DNA of 64,000 bases from an uncultured archaeon. Lineage in GTDB: Archaea; Aenigmatarchaeota; Aenigmatarchaeia; PWEA01; JAGHBM01. Each line of letters starts with the position of its first letter. The stretch's first letter is position 1. The notes below the pieces were generated by a model. The model was not told the origin of the DNA, made no database searches, and worked only from the letters and a program-made list of their open reading frames with translations. The stretch is from assembly GCA_964584335.1 (NCBI GenBank), contig CAZOZN010000001.1, positions 293,351 through 357,350 of the forward strand, written 5' to 3'. Shown in pieces: positions 44,738 to 53,474 of the stretch. A program made the position numbers and the translations under genes.

Positions 44738-45391
44738 ATGTATATCATAATAGTAGGTGCAGGTGGTATAGGGAAGAAGCTTGTGCAACTTGCTCTGAAA
44801 GACAAGAACAATGTTATTGTAGTAGAAAAAGAACAGGAAAAATGCGAAGAGCTGGCAAGGAAGCAGGATGTTATAATAATAAACGCTGATGCTACAAAAG
44901 AAGAAACACTAAAAGAGGCTGAAATTAAAAAAGCTGATGCCCTTATAGCCACGACCGAAGACGATTCAATAAATTTAATGATAGTTTCTCTGGCGAAAAA
45001 CATGAATGTGCCCATGCTTATTTCTGTGGTTAACAAAGAAGAAGCAAAACCTATGTTTGAGGAAAAGAAAGTTAATATAGTAAAAAATCCAGACGACCTA
45101 ATGGCCGAATATCTATACAAATCACTCAAACATCCAACTGTTGACGACTTCATGCACGTTGGTGAAAATGCAGAGATGTTTACACTCCCTCTCTCAATGA
45201 AATCAAAATTCTCCGGAAAAAGTATCAAAAAAATCAAACTTCCTAAAAAATGCCTTATAGTAGCAATAGAAAGGGAAAAGGAATTTATAATACCGACAAA
45301 CGAGGTAGAAATATATCCAGGAGACAAGATAACTATACTGGCACCTTCAAAACAAGTTGACAAAGTAGCAAAGTTACTGGCGGGCAATTAG
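44738..45391 (+). CDS. trkA: K+ uptake protein TrkA (RCK N+C domains)
   Basis: MYIIIVGAGGIGKKL Rossmann motif, ADALIATTEDD, C-terminal RCK-C. Confidence 0.85.
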   Translation: MYIIIVGAGGIGKKLVQLALKDKNNVIVVEKEQEKCEELARKQDVIIINADATKEETLKEAEIKKADALIATTEDDSINLMIVSLAKNMNVPMLISVVNKEEAKPMFEEKKVNIVKNPDDLMAEYLYKSLKHPTVDDFMHVGENAEMFTLPLSMKSKFSGKSIKKIKLPKKCLIVAIEREKEFIIPTNEVEIYPGDKITILAPSKQVDKVAKLLAGN

Positions 45392-45437
45392 ACTTCTATA
45401 TTCTTTTTTTAAAGTATAAAATAACTATTATTCAAAG

Positions 45438-46910
45438 GTGTGTTTATTGAGGGAAAGCATAAAAATAATATCAAGGGACCTTGGCTCTCTTCTTCTTGTT
45501 GGAGGAGTGCTATCAATTTTTACAATTATAATACCATTTATCTTTAACGAGCTTGATGCAATAACACCCCTATTAATGACTACGGGCGTTTTTTTTCTTT
45601 CGGGAGGGCTTCTTTATATATCTGGAAGAACAGAGGCTGAAACCAACTTCAAGAACGCAATGATAATAGCAGCTTTGGGTTGGCTTCTAATATCCGTTAT
45701 AGGTTCTATCCCGTTTCTGTATATGTCTGAATATGGAACAGGAGAAGGCATGGAACCTGTTGATGCTGTTTTTGAATCTTTTGCAGGATGGACTGGCACA
45801 GGCTTCAGTATGGTCTCAAACGAGGGAAAACTTCCTTACACATTACAGTTCTGGCGTTCCTTAATACAGTGGGTGGGTGGTGTTGGTGTTATAGTTCTCA
45901 CACTGGCTATACTCGCAAGACCCGGAACGGGTTCCTTTACCCTTTACAAATCGGAAGCGAGAGAGGAAAAAATGCACCCGTCAATACTTTCTACCGTTAA
46001 ATCGATATGGTGGATATTTATAATTTACACGATGCTTGGAATATCTCTTTTCTATATAACAGGCATGCCGCTTTGGGAATCAATAAATCATTGTATGACT
46101 GGTCTTTCTACGGGAGGATTCTCTATAACTGACGAAAGCATGACCTATTACGGCTTCTGGACACAAGCTGCTATAATGATTATGATGGTAATTGGTGCAA
46201 TAGCTTTCGCCGCACACCACAATCTTTTCAAGGGCAAGATTAGAAAGTTTTTTTCTGACCCCCAAGTGAAGGCACTAATCATATTGATAATATTCGGGGG
46301 CCTTTTACTATCAATCGTAAACTTCTTAACTCTTAACTACAGCAACTTCTTCGAGTCATTGAAAGATTCCATGTTTCAATACATATCCGCAATATCTTGC
46401 ACTGGTTTCTACTCTGCTAACATTTCTTCTTGGAGTGACACGGCAAAACTATTGCTATCAATGGCAATGATAGTAGGAGGTGCCGCAGGTTCTACTGCGG
46501 GTGGTATAAAACTATTCAGAATAATATTACTGACCAATGGTATAGTTTGGAAAACCAAACACGCAACATCTAGCCCGAGAAGAGTTTTCAGTCACAAGCT
46601 GGGCAACAAGTTTTTATCGGGGGATGAATACAAAAACGAGGTAAACGAATCAGCAATAATTTCGTTCCTATGGATAATATTTCTTTTTATCGGAATAGTT
46701 GCTTTTTCAATACTAATGCCAAAGCACGAACTAATAAACATTGTTTTTGAAATTTGCTCGGCACAAGGAAATGTTGGGTTATCCTCGGGAATAACAAAAA
46801 CCGCAATGCCGGATTTAGCAAAAATAATCATGATGTTTAATATGTGGATAGGAAGGCTGGAAATAATACCTGTTGTGGTTTTGATTAGGTCCTTACTCGG
46901 GAAAAAATAA
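45438..46910 (+). CDS. trkH: K+ transporter TrkH/KtrB family membrane subunit
   Basis: Polytopic, with repeated selectivity-filter-like motifs (GWTGTGFS, GLSTGGFS, CTGFYS, NVGLSSG). Confidence 0.85.
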   Translation: MCLLRESIKIISRDLGSLLLVGGVLSIFTIIIPFIFNELDAITPLLMTTGVFFLSGGLLYISGRTEAETNFKNAMIIAALGWLLISVIGSIPFLYMSEYGTGEGMEPVDAVFESFAGWTGTGFSMVSNEGKLPYTLQFWRSLIQWVGGVGVIVLTLAILARPGTGSFTLYKSEAREEKMHPSILSTVKSIWWIFIIYTMLGISLFYITGMPLWESINHCMTGLSTGGFSITDESMTYYGFWTQAAIMIMMVIGAIAFAAHHNLFKGKIRKFFSDPQVKALIILIIFGGLLLSIVNFLTLNYSNFFESLKDSMFQYISAISCTGFYSANISSWSDTAKLLLSMAMIVGGAAGSTAGGIKLFRIILLTNGIVWKTKHATSSPRRVFSHKLGNKFLSGDEYKNEVNESAIISFLWIIFLFIGIVAFSILMPKHELINIVFEICSAQGNVGLSSGITKTAMPDLAKIIMMFNMWIGRLEIIPVVVLIRSLLGKK

Positions 46911-46911
46911 T

Positions 46912-47259
46912 TCAAATAAAAAATATAACAGAAAATCCAACCAGAAAACCAACCAAATAGAAAAAAATTCCGGCAATAACATTTTTTGATTTCCTTATTA
47001 TTCCAAGTATAGAAAAAAAGGTTATCAGTACAACAATAAAGTAGAGAAAACTGTAAAACTTCCAGCAATTGTAACCGAGATTAGAGACAACATCACCTCC
47101 CGTTTCGCAAAAATTCCTTGCAACAAAAAGAAAAAAATCTCCTTTGTCAGGAGAAACGCCCAAAATCAAACCAATGCCTGCAAAAAGACCGGCTATAACA
47201 CCCTTAAAGAGAATATAAATACCGGCAAAAAGCATTTTTTTCCTTACTATATTGGGCAT
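46912..47259 (-). CDS. small membrane protein (115 aa)
   Basis: Four hydrophobic segments. TAATG overlap with the upstream 350-aa gene. Confidence 0.45.
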   Translation of the reverse strand: MPNIVRKKMLFAGIYILFKGVIAGLFAGIGLILGVSPDKGDFFLFVARNFCETGGDVVSNLGYNCWKFYSFLYFIVVLITFFSILGIIRKSKNVIAGIFFYLVGFLVGFSVIFFI

Positions 47260-48311
47260 TAAATCACGTAACCCGTGGCATCCTCGGCTATACCTAAGCC
47301 ATCCTCTTTTTTAATTAATTCATCTCCAGATTCAAGCGAAAAACTCTTAACTTTTACAAGATTTTGTTCATAGGAAAGCTCTCCTATAAAGTTCAGCTTG
47401 AAATTTTTTTGCGCATAGTTCTCTGTAAGTAAAGTAAATTCCTTTCTCTTATCAGAACCATGCACTAAAAATTGCTTGTTCCTATTTCCAAACTTTCTAA
47501 CTTTAACATCATCAAAATAATAATTTTTTCCGCTTTTTGAATCATGATAATAAGCACTTGTTCCGAACTTTTTACTAATTTTAGATATTTTTATATGGGG
47601 CTGTAAATAACTCAAAACAGATTTATCACTGAAATACAGTCGCCCCCAATACCAGGGAACATTGGGTAAAAGGGCATTTATTACAACCTTTTGTAAATAA
47701 CACTGTCCATTGAATTTTGAACCATCCAGTTTACCCTCAAAATCAAGCAAAAGATTCAAATGGCCGAAACCCATTTTTCCCTTAAAGAATTCCATCAAGT
47801 CATATTCTCTATGGTCAGAGCCTCTGCTTGTTCTTATATCACAAACAGATTTTTTGCCGTCTTTCAAAACAAGATTGTAATTTGGATAAGAACCGGAAAA
47901 TTCGAGATTAGCAGAGACTGAATCCAGAGAAATGTTGCCACTCTCCATAGATATTACTGAAGGTCTTGTCTTTGACCTGAAAAAACTATTGTTAAAGAAC
48001 CAGTAAGAAAATGGTCCAAACCTTTTGTTTTTATCTGAATAGTTATCAGAAATCTTACAGTCATCCACAACGTAATTCTTAATGTTCTGGTCTCCGAATG
48101 TGACCATAAACTGTTTTTTATTTTCTGTATCATTTGATGTAAAAAGCATAAACCAGTATTCCTTTCCTCTTATAGGAAGACTTTCAAAAGAAAAAAACAT
48201 CCTGTCTAAATCAGTCCACTTATCCCTTGACAATACTTTTTTAAGATTCTTGAACTTTTTCTCTATGCTGTTTAGCTTATTTTGTATATTCTCAACAGAA
48301 AACTTATTCAT
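47259..48311 (-). CDS. hypothetical protein (350 aa), weak CrtC/AttH/tocopherol-cyclase-like resemblance
   Basis: Beta-rich sequence. GQCYLQKVV....LPNVPWYWGRLYFSD is reminiscent of the ..EK.WG..FP..W.W.. segment of that superfamily. Recognition by eye only. Confidence 0.5.
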   Translation of the reverse strand: MNKFSVENIQNKLNSIEKKFKNLKKVLSRDKWTDLDRMFFSFESLPIRGKEYWFMLFTSNDTENKKQFMVTFGDQNIKNYVVDDCKISDNYSDKNKRFGPFSYWFFNNSFFRSKTRPSVISMESGNISLDSVSANLEFSGSYPNYNLVLKDGKKSVCDIRTSRGSDHREYDLMEFFKGKMGFGHLNLLLDFEGKLDGSKFNGQCYLQKVVINALLPNVPWYWGRLYFSDKSVLSYLQPHIKISKISKKFGTSAYYHDSKSGKNYYFDDVKVRKFGNRNKQFLVHGSDKRKEFTLLTENYAQKNFKLNFIGELSYEQNLVKVKSFSLESGDELIKKEDGLGIAEDATGYVI

Positions 48312-48410
48312 AAAAATACCTATCCTTATTTCTGTAATTTAATATAAAAATAAAAATTATCTTTAAAAATATATTTAAGTCTAATATTTTAATAATTAAG
48401 GGGTGATTGT

Positions 48411-48665
48411 GTGGAAGGTAAAAAAGTAGGTAAAATTACACATTACTTTAACAAAATAGGAGTTGCTGTAATAGAGCTTGAGGATAATCTGAAAGAAGGA
48501 GACAAAATAAAAATAAAGGGTTCAAATACCGATTTTGACCAACCTGTAAAATCCATGCAAATAGAACACGAAAAAATAGAAGAAGCGAAGGCAGGACAAG
48601 CTATAGGCATGAAAGTTGCAGAACCCGTGAGAGAAGGAGACGAAGTCTTTATTATAGAAGAATAA
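48411..48665 (+). CDS. small EF-Tu-domain-2-like beta-barrel protein (translation elongation factor-like protein)
   Basis: KVGKITHYFNKIGVAVIEL...GDKIKIKGSNTDFDQPVKSMQIEHEKIEEAKAGQAIGMKV. GTG start behind GGGGTGA. Confidence 0.55.
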   Translation: MEGKKVGKITHYFNKIGVAVIELEDNLKEGDKIKIKGSNTDFDQPVKSMQIEHEKIEEAKAGQAIGMKVAEPVREGDEVFIIEE

Positions 48666-48726
48666 ATTATTCTGGAAATATTATATCAATTAAACTTATA
48701 AATCTTAATCTCAATATGGTTTAGTT

Positions 48727-49395
48727 ATGAGAAGACATATTGAAAAATTAAACTTTAACAGAGATCCCAATCTGGGCCTATTTACAATACCGACGGAAGA
48801 CTTTTGTATAGTCGGGAATACAATAATGAAAAAAGATATAGAAAAAATTAAAAAAATACTTGACGTAAAAATAATAAAAGGCAGGGTGGCAAACTCGGAA
48901 CTGGTCGGTTTATTCTCTACAGCAAACAAAAACGGTATAGTTCTGCCCAAAAACTCAAACGAAAAGGAAATAGAAAAATTTAAAAAAACTGGGCTGAACG
49001 TTTTGGTTGCGGATATAAAACAAACAGCAATTGGCAATCTTATACTAGTTAATGACTATGGTTGTATAATACCAAAAGAATTAAACAAAATAAAAGGCGA
49101 TTTAGAGGATTGTTTTGGAGTAAAAGTAAAAACAAGCACAGTGGCAGGGCTTTCAATAGTAGGTTCCTGTGCATTTGCTACAAATAACGGGATACTTGCT
49201 CATTTAAAATGCAGTGAGGAAGAAATGAAGCTATTAGAAAGCGTATTAAGCGTCAAAGGAGAAATAGGAACGCTTGGTTTTGGTTCTCCTTTCATTGGGG
49301 CATCATTGGTGGCAAATTCAAAAGGATTTGTAATTCCAGAAGAAACTACAGGACCAGAGATACAAAGAGTTGACGAAGCGCTAGGATTTATATAG
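48727..49395 (+). CDS. eif6: translation initiation factor aIF6
   Basis: Pentein-repeat sequence with ..NPNLGLF....D.F.IV.. and repeated G(S/T)..A.N..G segments. 222 aa. Confidence 0.9.
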   Translation: MRRHIEKLNFNRDPNLGLFTIPTEDFCIVGNTIMKKDIEKIKKILDVKIIKGRVANSELVGLFSTANKNGIVLPKNSNEKEIEKFKKTGLNVLVADIKQTAIGNLILVNDYGCIIPKELNKIKGDLEDCFGVKVKTSTVAGLSIVGSCAFATNNGILAHLKCSEEEMKLLESVLSVKGEIGTLGFGSPFIGASLVANSKGFVIPEETTGPEIQRVDEALGFI

Positions 49396-49403
49396 GAGAT
49401 ATA

Positions 49404-49826
49404 ATGAACGAAAAAGAACAAAAAGGTTTTCAAGAGAAGCTTTATGTTTATCAAATGTTAAAAGAGCAAAAAAAATTATTCAGCGAACAATTATCTCTGC
49501 TAAAGGAAGCCATAGAAGAAGATGTAAGAACAGAAAGAACTATAGAAAAACAGGAAAAGAAAAAAGGCAAAAAAGTAATGTGTCCTTTAGGAAGTGAGTG
49601 TTATTATATCAGTGAAATAAAAAACGCGGAAAAGATTATAGTAAATGTTGGTGCGGGTATACTAATCGAAAAAAACCTAAAAGAAGCAAAAAAATTTTTA
49701 AGTTCAAGAAAGACAGAGCTACAGATAAACAAAAACAACATAGAAAAAAAGCTCGAAAAAATAGAAAGAGAGTTAATAAAAATCGAGCCCGAAATACAGA
49801 GAATTCTTCAGAAAAATGAAGACTGA
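49404..49826 (+). CDS. pfdA: prefoldin alpha subunit
   Basis: Coiled coil, then beta hairpins (VMCPLGSECYYISEI..AEKIIVNVGAGILIEKNLKEA), then coiled coil. Confidence 0.75.
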   Translation: MNEKEQKGFQEKLYVYQMLKEQKKLFSEQLSLLKEAIEEDVRTERTIEKQEKKKGKKVMCPLGSECYYISEIKNAEKIIVNVGAGILIEKNLKEAKKFLSSRKTELQINKNNIEKKLEKIERELIKIEPEIQRILQKNED

Positions 49827-49867
49827 AATACAGAAAAATTTAAGTCTTTATCTAACATATTCTAGTT

Positions 49868-50299
49868 ATGAAAATAATAATATCGGGAAGTCTGGATTTT
49901 ACAAACCAAATAAAAGAAATTTCGGAAAATCTAAAAAACATGGGTCACGAAGTAAAGATACCAAAAACAGCAGAAGATATCATAAATAAAAATTTGAGCC
50001 TTGAAAAAATAATAAAAGAAAAAAATAACGGAGAAATAGTAAAAAGGGGTATCCAGATAGATGCCATAAGAAAACACTACAAAAAAATAAAAGAAGCGGA
50101 CGCCCTTCTAGTACTTAATTTCGACAAAAAATCAATAAGGAATTATATAGGCGGTGCGACACTCATAGAAATGGGTTTCGCGCATGTACTCGATAAAAAA
50201 ATATTTCTATTAAACGGAATACCTAGAATGAGTTACACTGACGAAATAGAAATAATGAATCCGGAAGTACTAAACGGAAATCTAGGAAAAATACAGTAA
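49868..50299 (+). CDS. nucleoside 2-deoxyribosyltransferase-like fold protein
   Basis: MKIIISGS..., ADALLVLN, GGATLIEMGFA, FLLNGIP. Flavodoxin-like pattern, weak assignment. Confidence 0.45.
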   Translation: MKIIISGSLDFTNQIKEISENLKNMGHEVKIPKTAEDIINKNLSLEKIIKEKNNGEIVKRGIQIDAIRKHYKKIKEADALLVLNFDKKSIRNYIGGATLIEMGFAHVLDKKIFLLNGIPRMSYTDEIEIMNPEVLNGNLGKIQ

Positions 50300-50346
50300 A
50301 GAATAAATCCGAAGTTAATTTAAATAAGGTTTAACTAAAAATATTC

Positions 50347-51129
50347 ATGTTGGAAGGAATCTGGCTTAGGGAGGAATATAAAGATAATTTGCTCGCTATA
50401 TTTTTCTTTGCACTTGTTTTCACACTTCTGGGAGTATTTCTGACTAAATATGTACTTCCAATAAGCCAGGGTCTGGTGTCCGTTTTCTTGATATCCTTGA
50501 TAGGAGCATACCCCCTGATAACTTACCTGAGAAGCGAAGAAAAAAAAGAAATGGTAAAAAGGATATCTGAAGGAAAGCTAATTTTAAGACACTCAAACGA
50601 ACTTGCAATATATCTTACATTTTTTCTGGGAGTAACTTTTGGATTTGTCATATCAGCATTTGTTTTTCCTGAGAGTTTTTTCTCAATTCAAATACAAATA
50701 ATAGAAGGTATAAGAGGAGGGCCAATATCAGGAAATATAATAATAAGTAACATATTCGAAAAAATAATATCAAACAACCTTTGGGTTTTTTTCCTTACTT
50801 TTATAATATCTTTTCTATTCTCATCAGGAATGGTTTTCATACTGGTATGGAACGCCTCGGTTCTTGGAGTTTTTATCGCAAAAGCTTCAGGTGGTGTGCA
50901 TAACATACATATGCTGGCCCTTTCATATCTTCCGCATGGTTTGTTGGAGATAGCTTCTTACATACTGGCAGGTATAAGCGGGGCTCTTCTTTCTTACCAG
51001 TTCGGATACTACTACAAAACAAAAAAATATAACAAAGAGACTTTCCTTATGGTAATTAAAGATGCGGGTGTTTTGATATTATCAGGTTTGTTGTGTCTGT
51101 TATTTGCAGGTTTAATAGAAGTGTTGTGA
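50347..51129 (+). CDS. SpoIIM/DUF95-family membrane protein
   Basis: Six TM segments with YLPHGLLEIASYILAGISG motif. Confidence 0.65.
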   Translation: MLEGIWLREEYKDNLLAIFFFALVFTLLGVFLTKYVLPISQGLVSVFLISLIGAYPLITYLRSEEKKEMVKRISEGKLILRHSNELAIYLTFFLGVTFGFVISAFVFPESFFSIQIQIIEGIRGGPISGNIIISNIFEKIISNNLWVFFLTFIISFLFSSGMVFILVWNASVLGVFIAKASGGVHNIHMLALSYLPHGLLEIASYILAGISGALLSYQFGYYYKTKKYNKETFLMVIKDAGVLILSGLLCLLFAGLIEVL

Positions 51130-51133
51130 TTAG

Positions 51134-51433
51134 ATGATAAAAGAAGATTTGGATAAAAGACTGGAAGAAATTGAAACAAAAATACAGGAACTAGAAGATA
51201 TGATACTTGACAACAAACTAAAAATAATGGAACTGCAAAATAAAAAACCCGAGGAAAAAGAAAATATAAGTCTTGGAAAACCTGCTGAAGAAAAAAAATC
51301 GGATAAGAAAGATGACAAGCCTATAAAGAAATTATTTAACATAAAAAAAATAGAAGAAGAGAAAAAAGGAGAAGAAGATGAACTTGGTCATAGGGCTAAA
51401 AAGATAAAAGACATGTTAAGGGATTTAAAATGA
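51134..51433 (+). CDS. charged coiled-coil protein (99 aa)
   Basis: Lys/Glu-rich helical ORF. ATGA overlap with the next gene. Confidence 0.45.
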   Translation: MIKEDLDKRLEEIETKIQELEDMILDNKLKIMELQNKKPEEKENISLGKPAEEKKSDKKDDKPIKKLFNIKKIEEEKKGEEDELGHRAKKIKDMLRDLK

Positions 51434-52704
51434 CTGACTTTAATGAAGACATAGCTGAAACAGTTAAGAGTACCGTAAAGGCGAATTTAGAAAGATGCGA
51501 AGAAAATTTTGTAAGAGATATGGAAAGTAGAATTGAAAATGATTTTAAGCAGAGGATTGAAAATCTGGAGACAAAGGTAGAAAAAGATGTAGAGGATTTT
51601 CTAATTAAAAAATTTGATACAATGTTTGACAGTTTTGCTGAAGATATCAAAAAACAAATCAGTTCCAAAAAAGTGGGAAAGAGCGAAGACGTAAAAAACA
51701 TAAAAGAAAGAATAAGAGAATTGATGGATATACAAGAAGAAATTATAGCAAAAATGCACCAAAAAAATAAAGAACCTTTAGAAGGAGATTTTAAAGAAAG
51801 ATTAAGCAATCTGACTTACTCCGTAAAGGCCAATACATTAGAAATAAGAAAAAACATATCAAAAATAGAAGAACTTAAAAAAATGAAAATAGAAGATAAG
51901 TTTTCAGATACAGAAGATTTTATAAACAGGTTCAATAATTTAAGCTATTCCGTCAAGGCAAATACGAGAGAAATGGAAGATATTGTATCTCAAATAGAAG
52001 AAATAAAGAGAATGAGAAACAATATGAATTTTTTTGATACGGAAGGATTTACAAACAAAATAAAAGACATTAGTTATTCTGTTGAAGCAAACACAAGAGA
52101 AATAAGAAGAGTTATATCAAATCTCGAAAACATAAAAGAAAATACATTAAACAGAATAAACGGAATAAACAATAACGTAGAAGATAATGTAGAAAATACA
52201 AAAAATATGTTCTCTAGAGTTGAAAAAGACTTAGATGAAATTAGAGAGAATATGAAAAAATTGGAGAAAAACAAAGAAGAAAGAGTAATACAAAAAGTAT
52301 TGCCGCCACCGCCTCAGGGATACAAGGAAGACATAGAGAAGGTCAAGAAAGAATTAGAAGAAAACAAGAAATCGCTCATGGACGAAATAAACAGAGTAAA
52401 CAAAAACATAAGCCCGTTGTTAAAAGGAAACAAAGAAGAAATTGAAAAGGAAATTAATGAAAAAATATCAAAAATCGAGCAAAAAATAGAGCCCATGATA
52501 AATGAAAAGATGAAGAAGTCTTATGAAGATATTGAAGAAAAGATAAGAGAAAATGAAAAAAATATAATCGAAAAAGAAAGGGATATCTTAGAAAAAATAT
52601 CATTAATTGAAAGTACCACTCAACCAAGCGAAAAAAGCATTATAGATAAATCAATAGAAGAAATAAGAGAAGAGTTTGAGAGGCTTAAAAAGAAAAAGAA
52701 TTAA
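51430..52704 (+). CDS. long coiled-coil protein with internal tandem repeats (424 aa)
   Basis: Almost entirely charged heptad-like sequence with three ~40-aa repeats containing (L/I)(T/S)YSV(K/E)ANT(L/R)E. Confidence 0.55.
   Translation: MTDFNEDIAETVKSTVKANLERCEENFVRDMESRIENDFKQRIENLETKVEKDVEDFLIKKFDTMFDSFAEDIKKQISSKKVGKSEDVKNIKERIRELMDIQEEIIAKMHQKNKEPLEGDFKERLSNLTYSVKANTLEIRKNISKIEELKKMKIEDKFSDTEDFINRFNNLSYSVKANTREMEDIVSQIEEIKRMRNNMNFFDTEGFTNKIKDISYSVEANTREIRRVISNLENIKENTLNRINGINNNVEDNVENTKNMFSRVEKDLDEIRENMKKLEKNKEERVIQKVLPPPPQGYKEDIEKVKKELEENKKSLMDEINRVNKNISPLLKGNKEEIEKEINEKISKIEQKIEPMINEKMKKSYEDIEEKIRENEKNIIEKERDILEKISLIESTTQPSEKSIIDKSIEEIREEFERLKKKKN
51784..52149 (+). repeat. three tandem ~40-aa protein repeats inside the coiled-coil gene
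   Basis: The units are GDFKERLSNLTYSVKANTLEIRKNISKIEELKKM / EDFINRFNNLSYSVKANTREMEDIVSQIEEIKRM / EGFTNKIKDISYSVEANTREIRRVISNLENIKEN. Confidence 0.7.
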
Positions 52705-52712
52705 AATTAGTA

Positions 52713-53474
52713 TTATTTTCTTCTTCTCATGCTTATTAAGTGCCGAAGCCTCTTTCCTTTTTTATGCCTCTGAATAACAGTACTTGTTATTATTATATCG
52801 GCACCGACTTTTGCAAGCCTGTTTATATCCTTCATGCTTTTAACACCACCGTAAAAAGCTATCGGTAGTTTGGTACTTTCCTTCACAGTCTTTATTATCT
52901 TTTCGGTTACCTTTGACTTCACCATGCCGGTGTCTAAACATATAAGTTCTTTTCCAGAAAGTTCAGAATAAATAGAGTAAGCTTTTATTATCTCAAGCTT
53001 ATCCCCAGGAAGAGGATTTGCATCTCCTATCCAGCTAGACGTACCACCTGGCTCGACAACCATGTAGCTGGTTGGTATAACCTCTATATCAGAATGATAA
53101 ACAGAAGGAGCGCTCATTGCCTGAGAACCTGTCATCCAATAGGGGTTTCTGGAATTTATAAGACTAATGAAAAAAATTGCATCCGCATGGTTGCTTATCA
53201 TGCCGGTGTTCCCGGGTAATATTATTACAGGCAAATCCGTGTTTTCCTTTATTTTCTTCACTACCTTATCAAAATACGCGTTATCCACATTCAGTATTCC
53301 ACTAACAACTATCATATTAGCCATGGAATTGTTTATACTCTTAGTTATCTTAACTATCTCATCAATGCTGTATATTGTAGAATCTATAAAAGGAAAATAA
53401 AGCGGTCCGTTCCCGTTTTTTTCTTTTATTAAATCAAGTATACTTTTCTTATTATTCTTTTTTATATCGCTCAT
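52713..53474 (-). CDS. GGGP synthase/PcrB-family paralog (divergent copy B)
   Basis: LPVIILPGNTGMISNHADAIFFISLINSRNPYWMTGSQA...IPTSYMVVEPGGTSSWIGDANP aligns closely with the upstream copy. ATGA-type overlap with it. Confidence 0.7.
   Translation of the reverse strand: MSDIKKNNKKSILDLIKEKNGNGPLYFPFIDSTIYSIDEIVKITKSINNSMANMIVVSGILNVDNAYFDKVVKKIKENTDLPVIILPGNTGMISNHADAIFFISLINSRNPYWMTGSQAMSAPSVYHSDIEVIPTSYMVVEPGGTSSWIGDANPLPGDKLEIIKAYSIYSELSGKELICLDTGMVKSKVTEKIIKTVKESTKLPIAFYGGVKSMKDINRLAKVGADIIITSTVIQRHKKGKRLRHLISMRRRK

Noticed and set aside
44180-45387. ORFs 44180-44701(-) and the long 292-aa 44509-45387(-) antisense to rps24e and trkA
   Set aside because: The sense strand encodes unmistakable S24e and TrkA (GAGGIGKKL Rossmann motif). 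The antisense products are Ser/Phe-rich low-complexity, typical of purine-rich coding strands in this genome.
46592-47068. 158-aa minus-strand ORF overlapping the trkH 3' end and the 46912-47259 gene
   Set aside because: It is mostly antisense to trkH and out of frame with the better-supported 115-aa membrane ORF, which is translationally coupled (TAATG) to its upstream gene.
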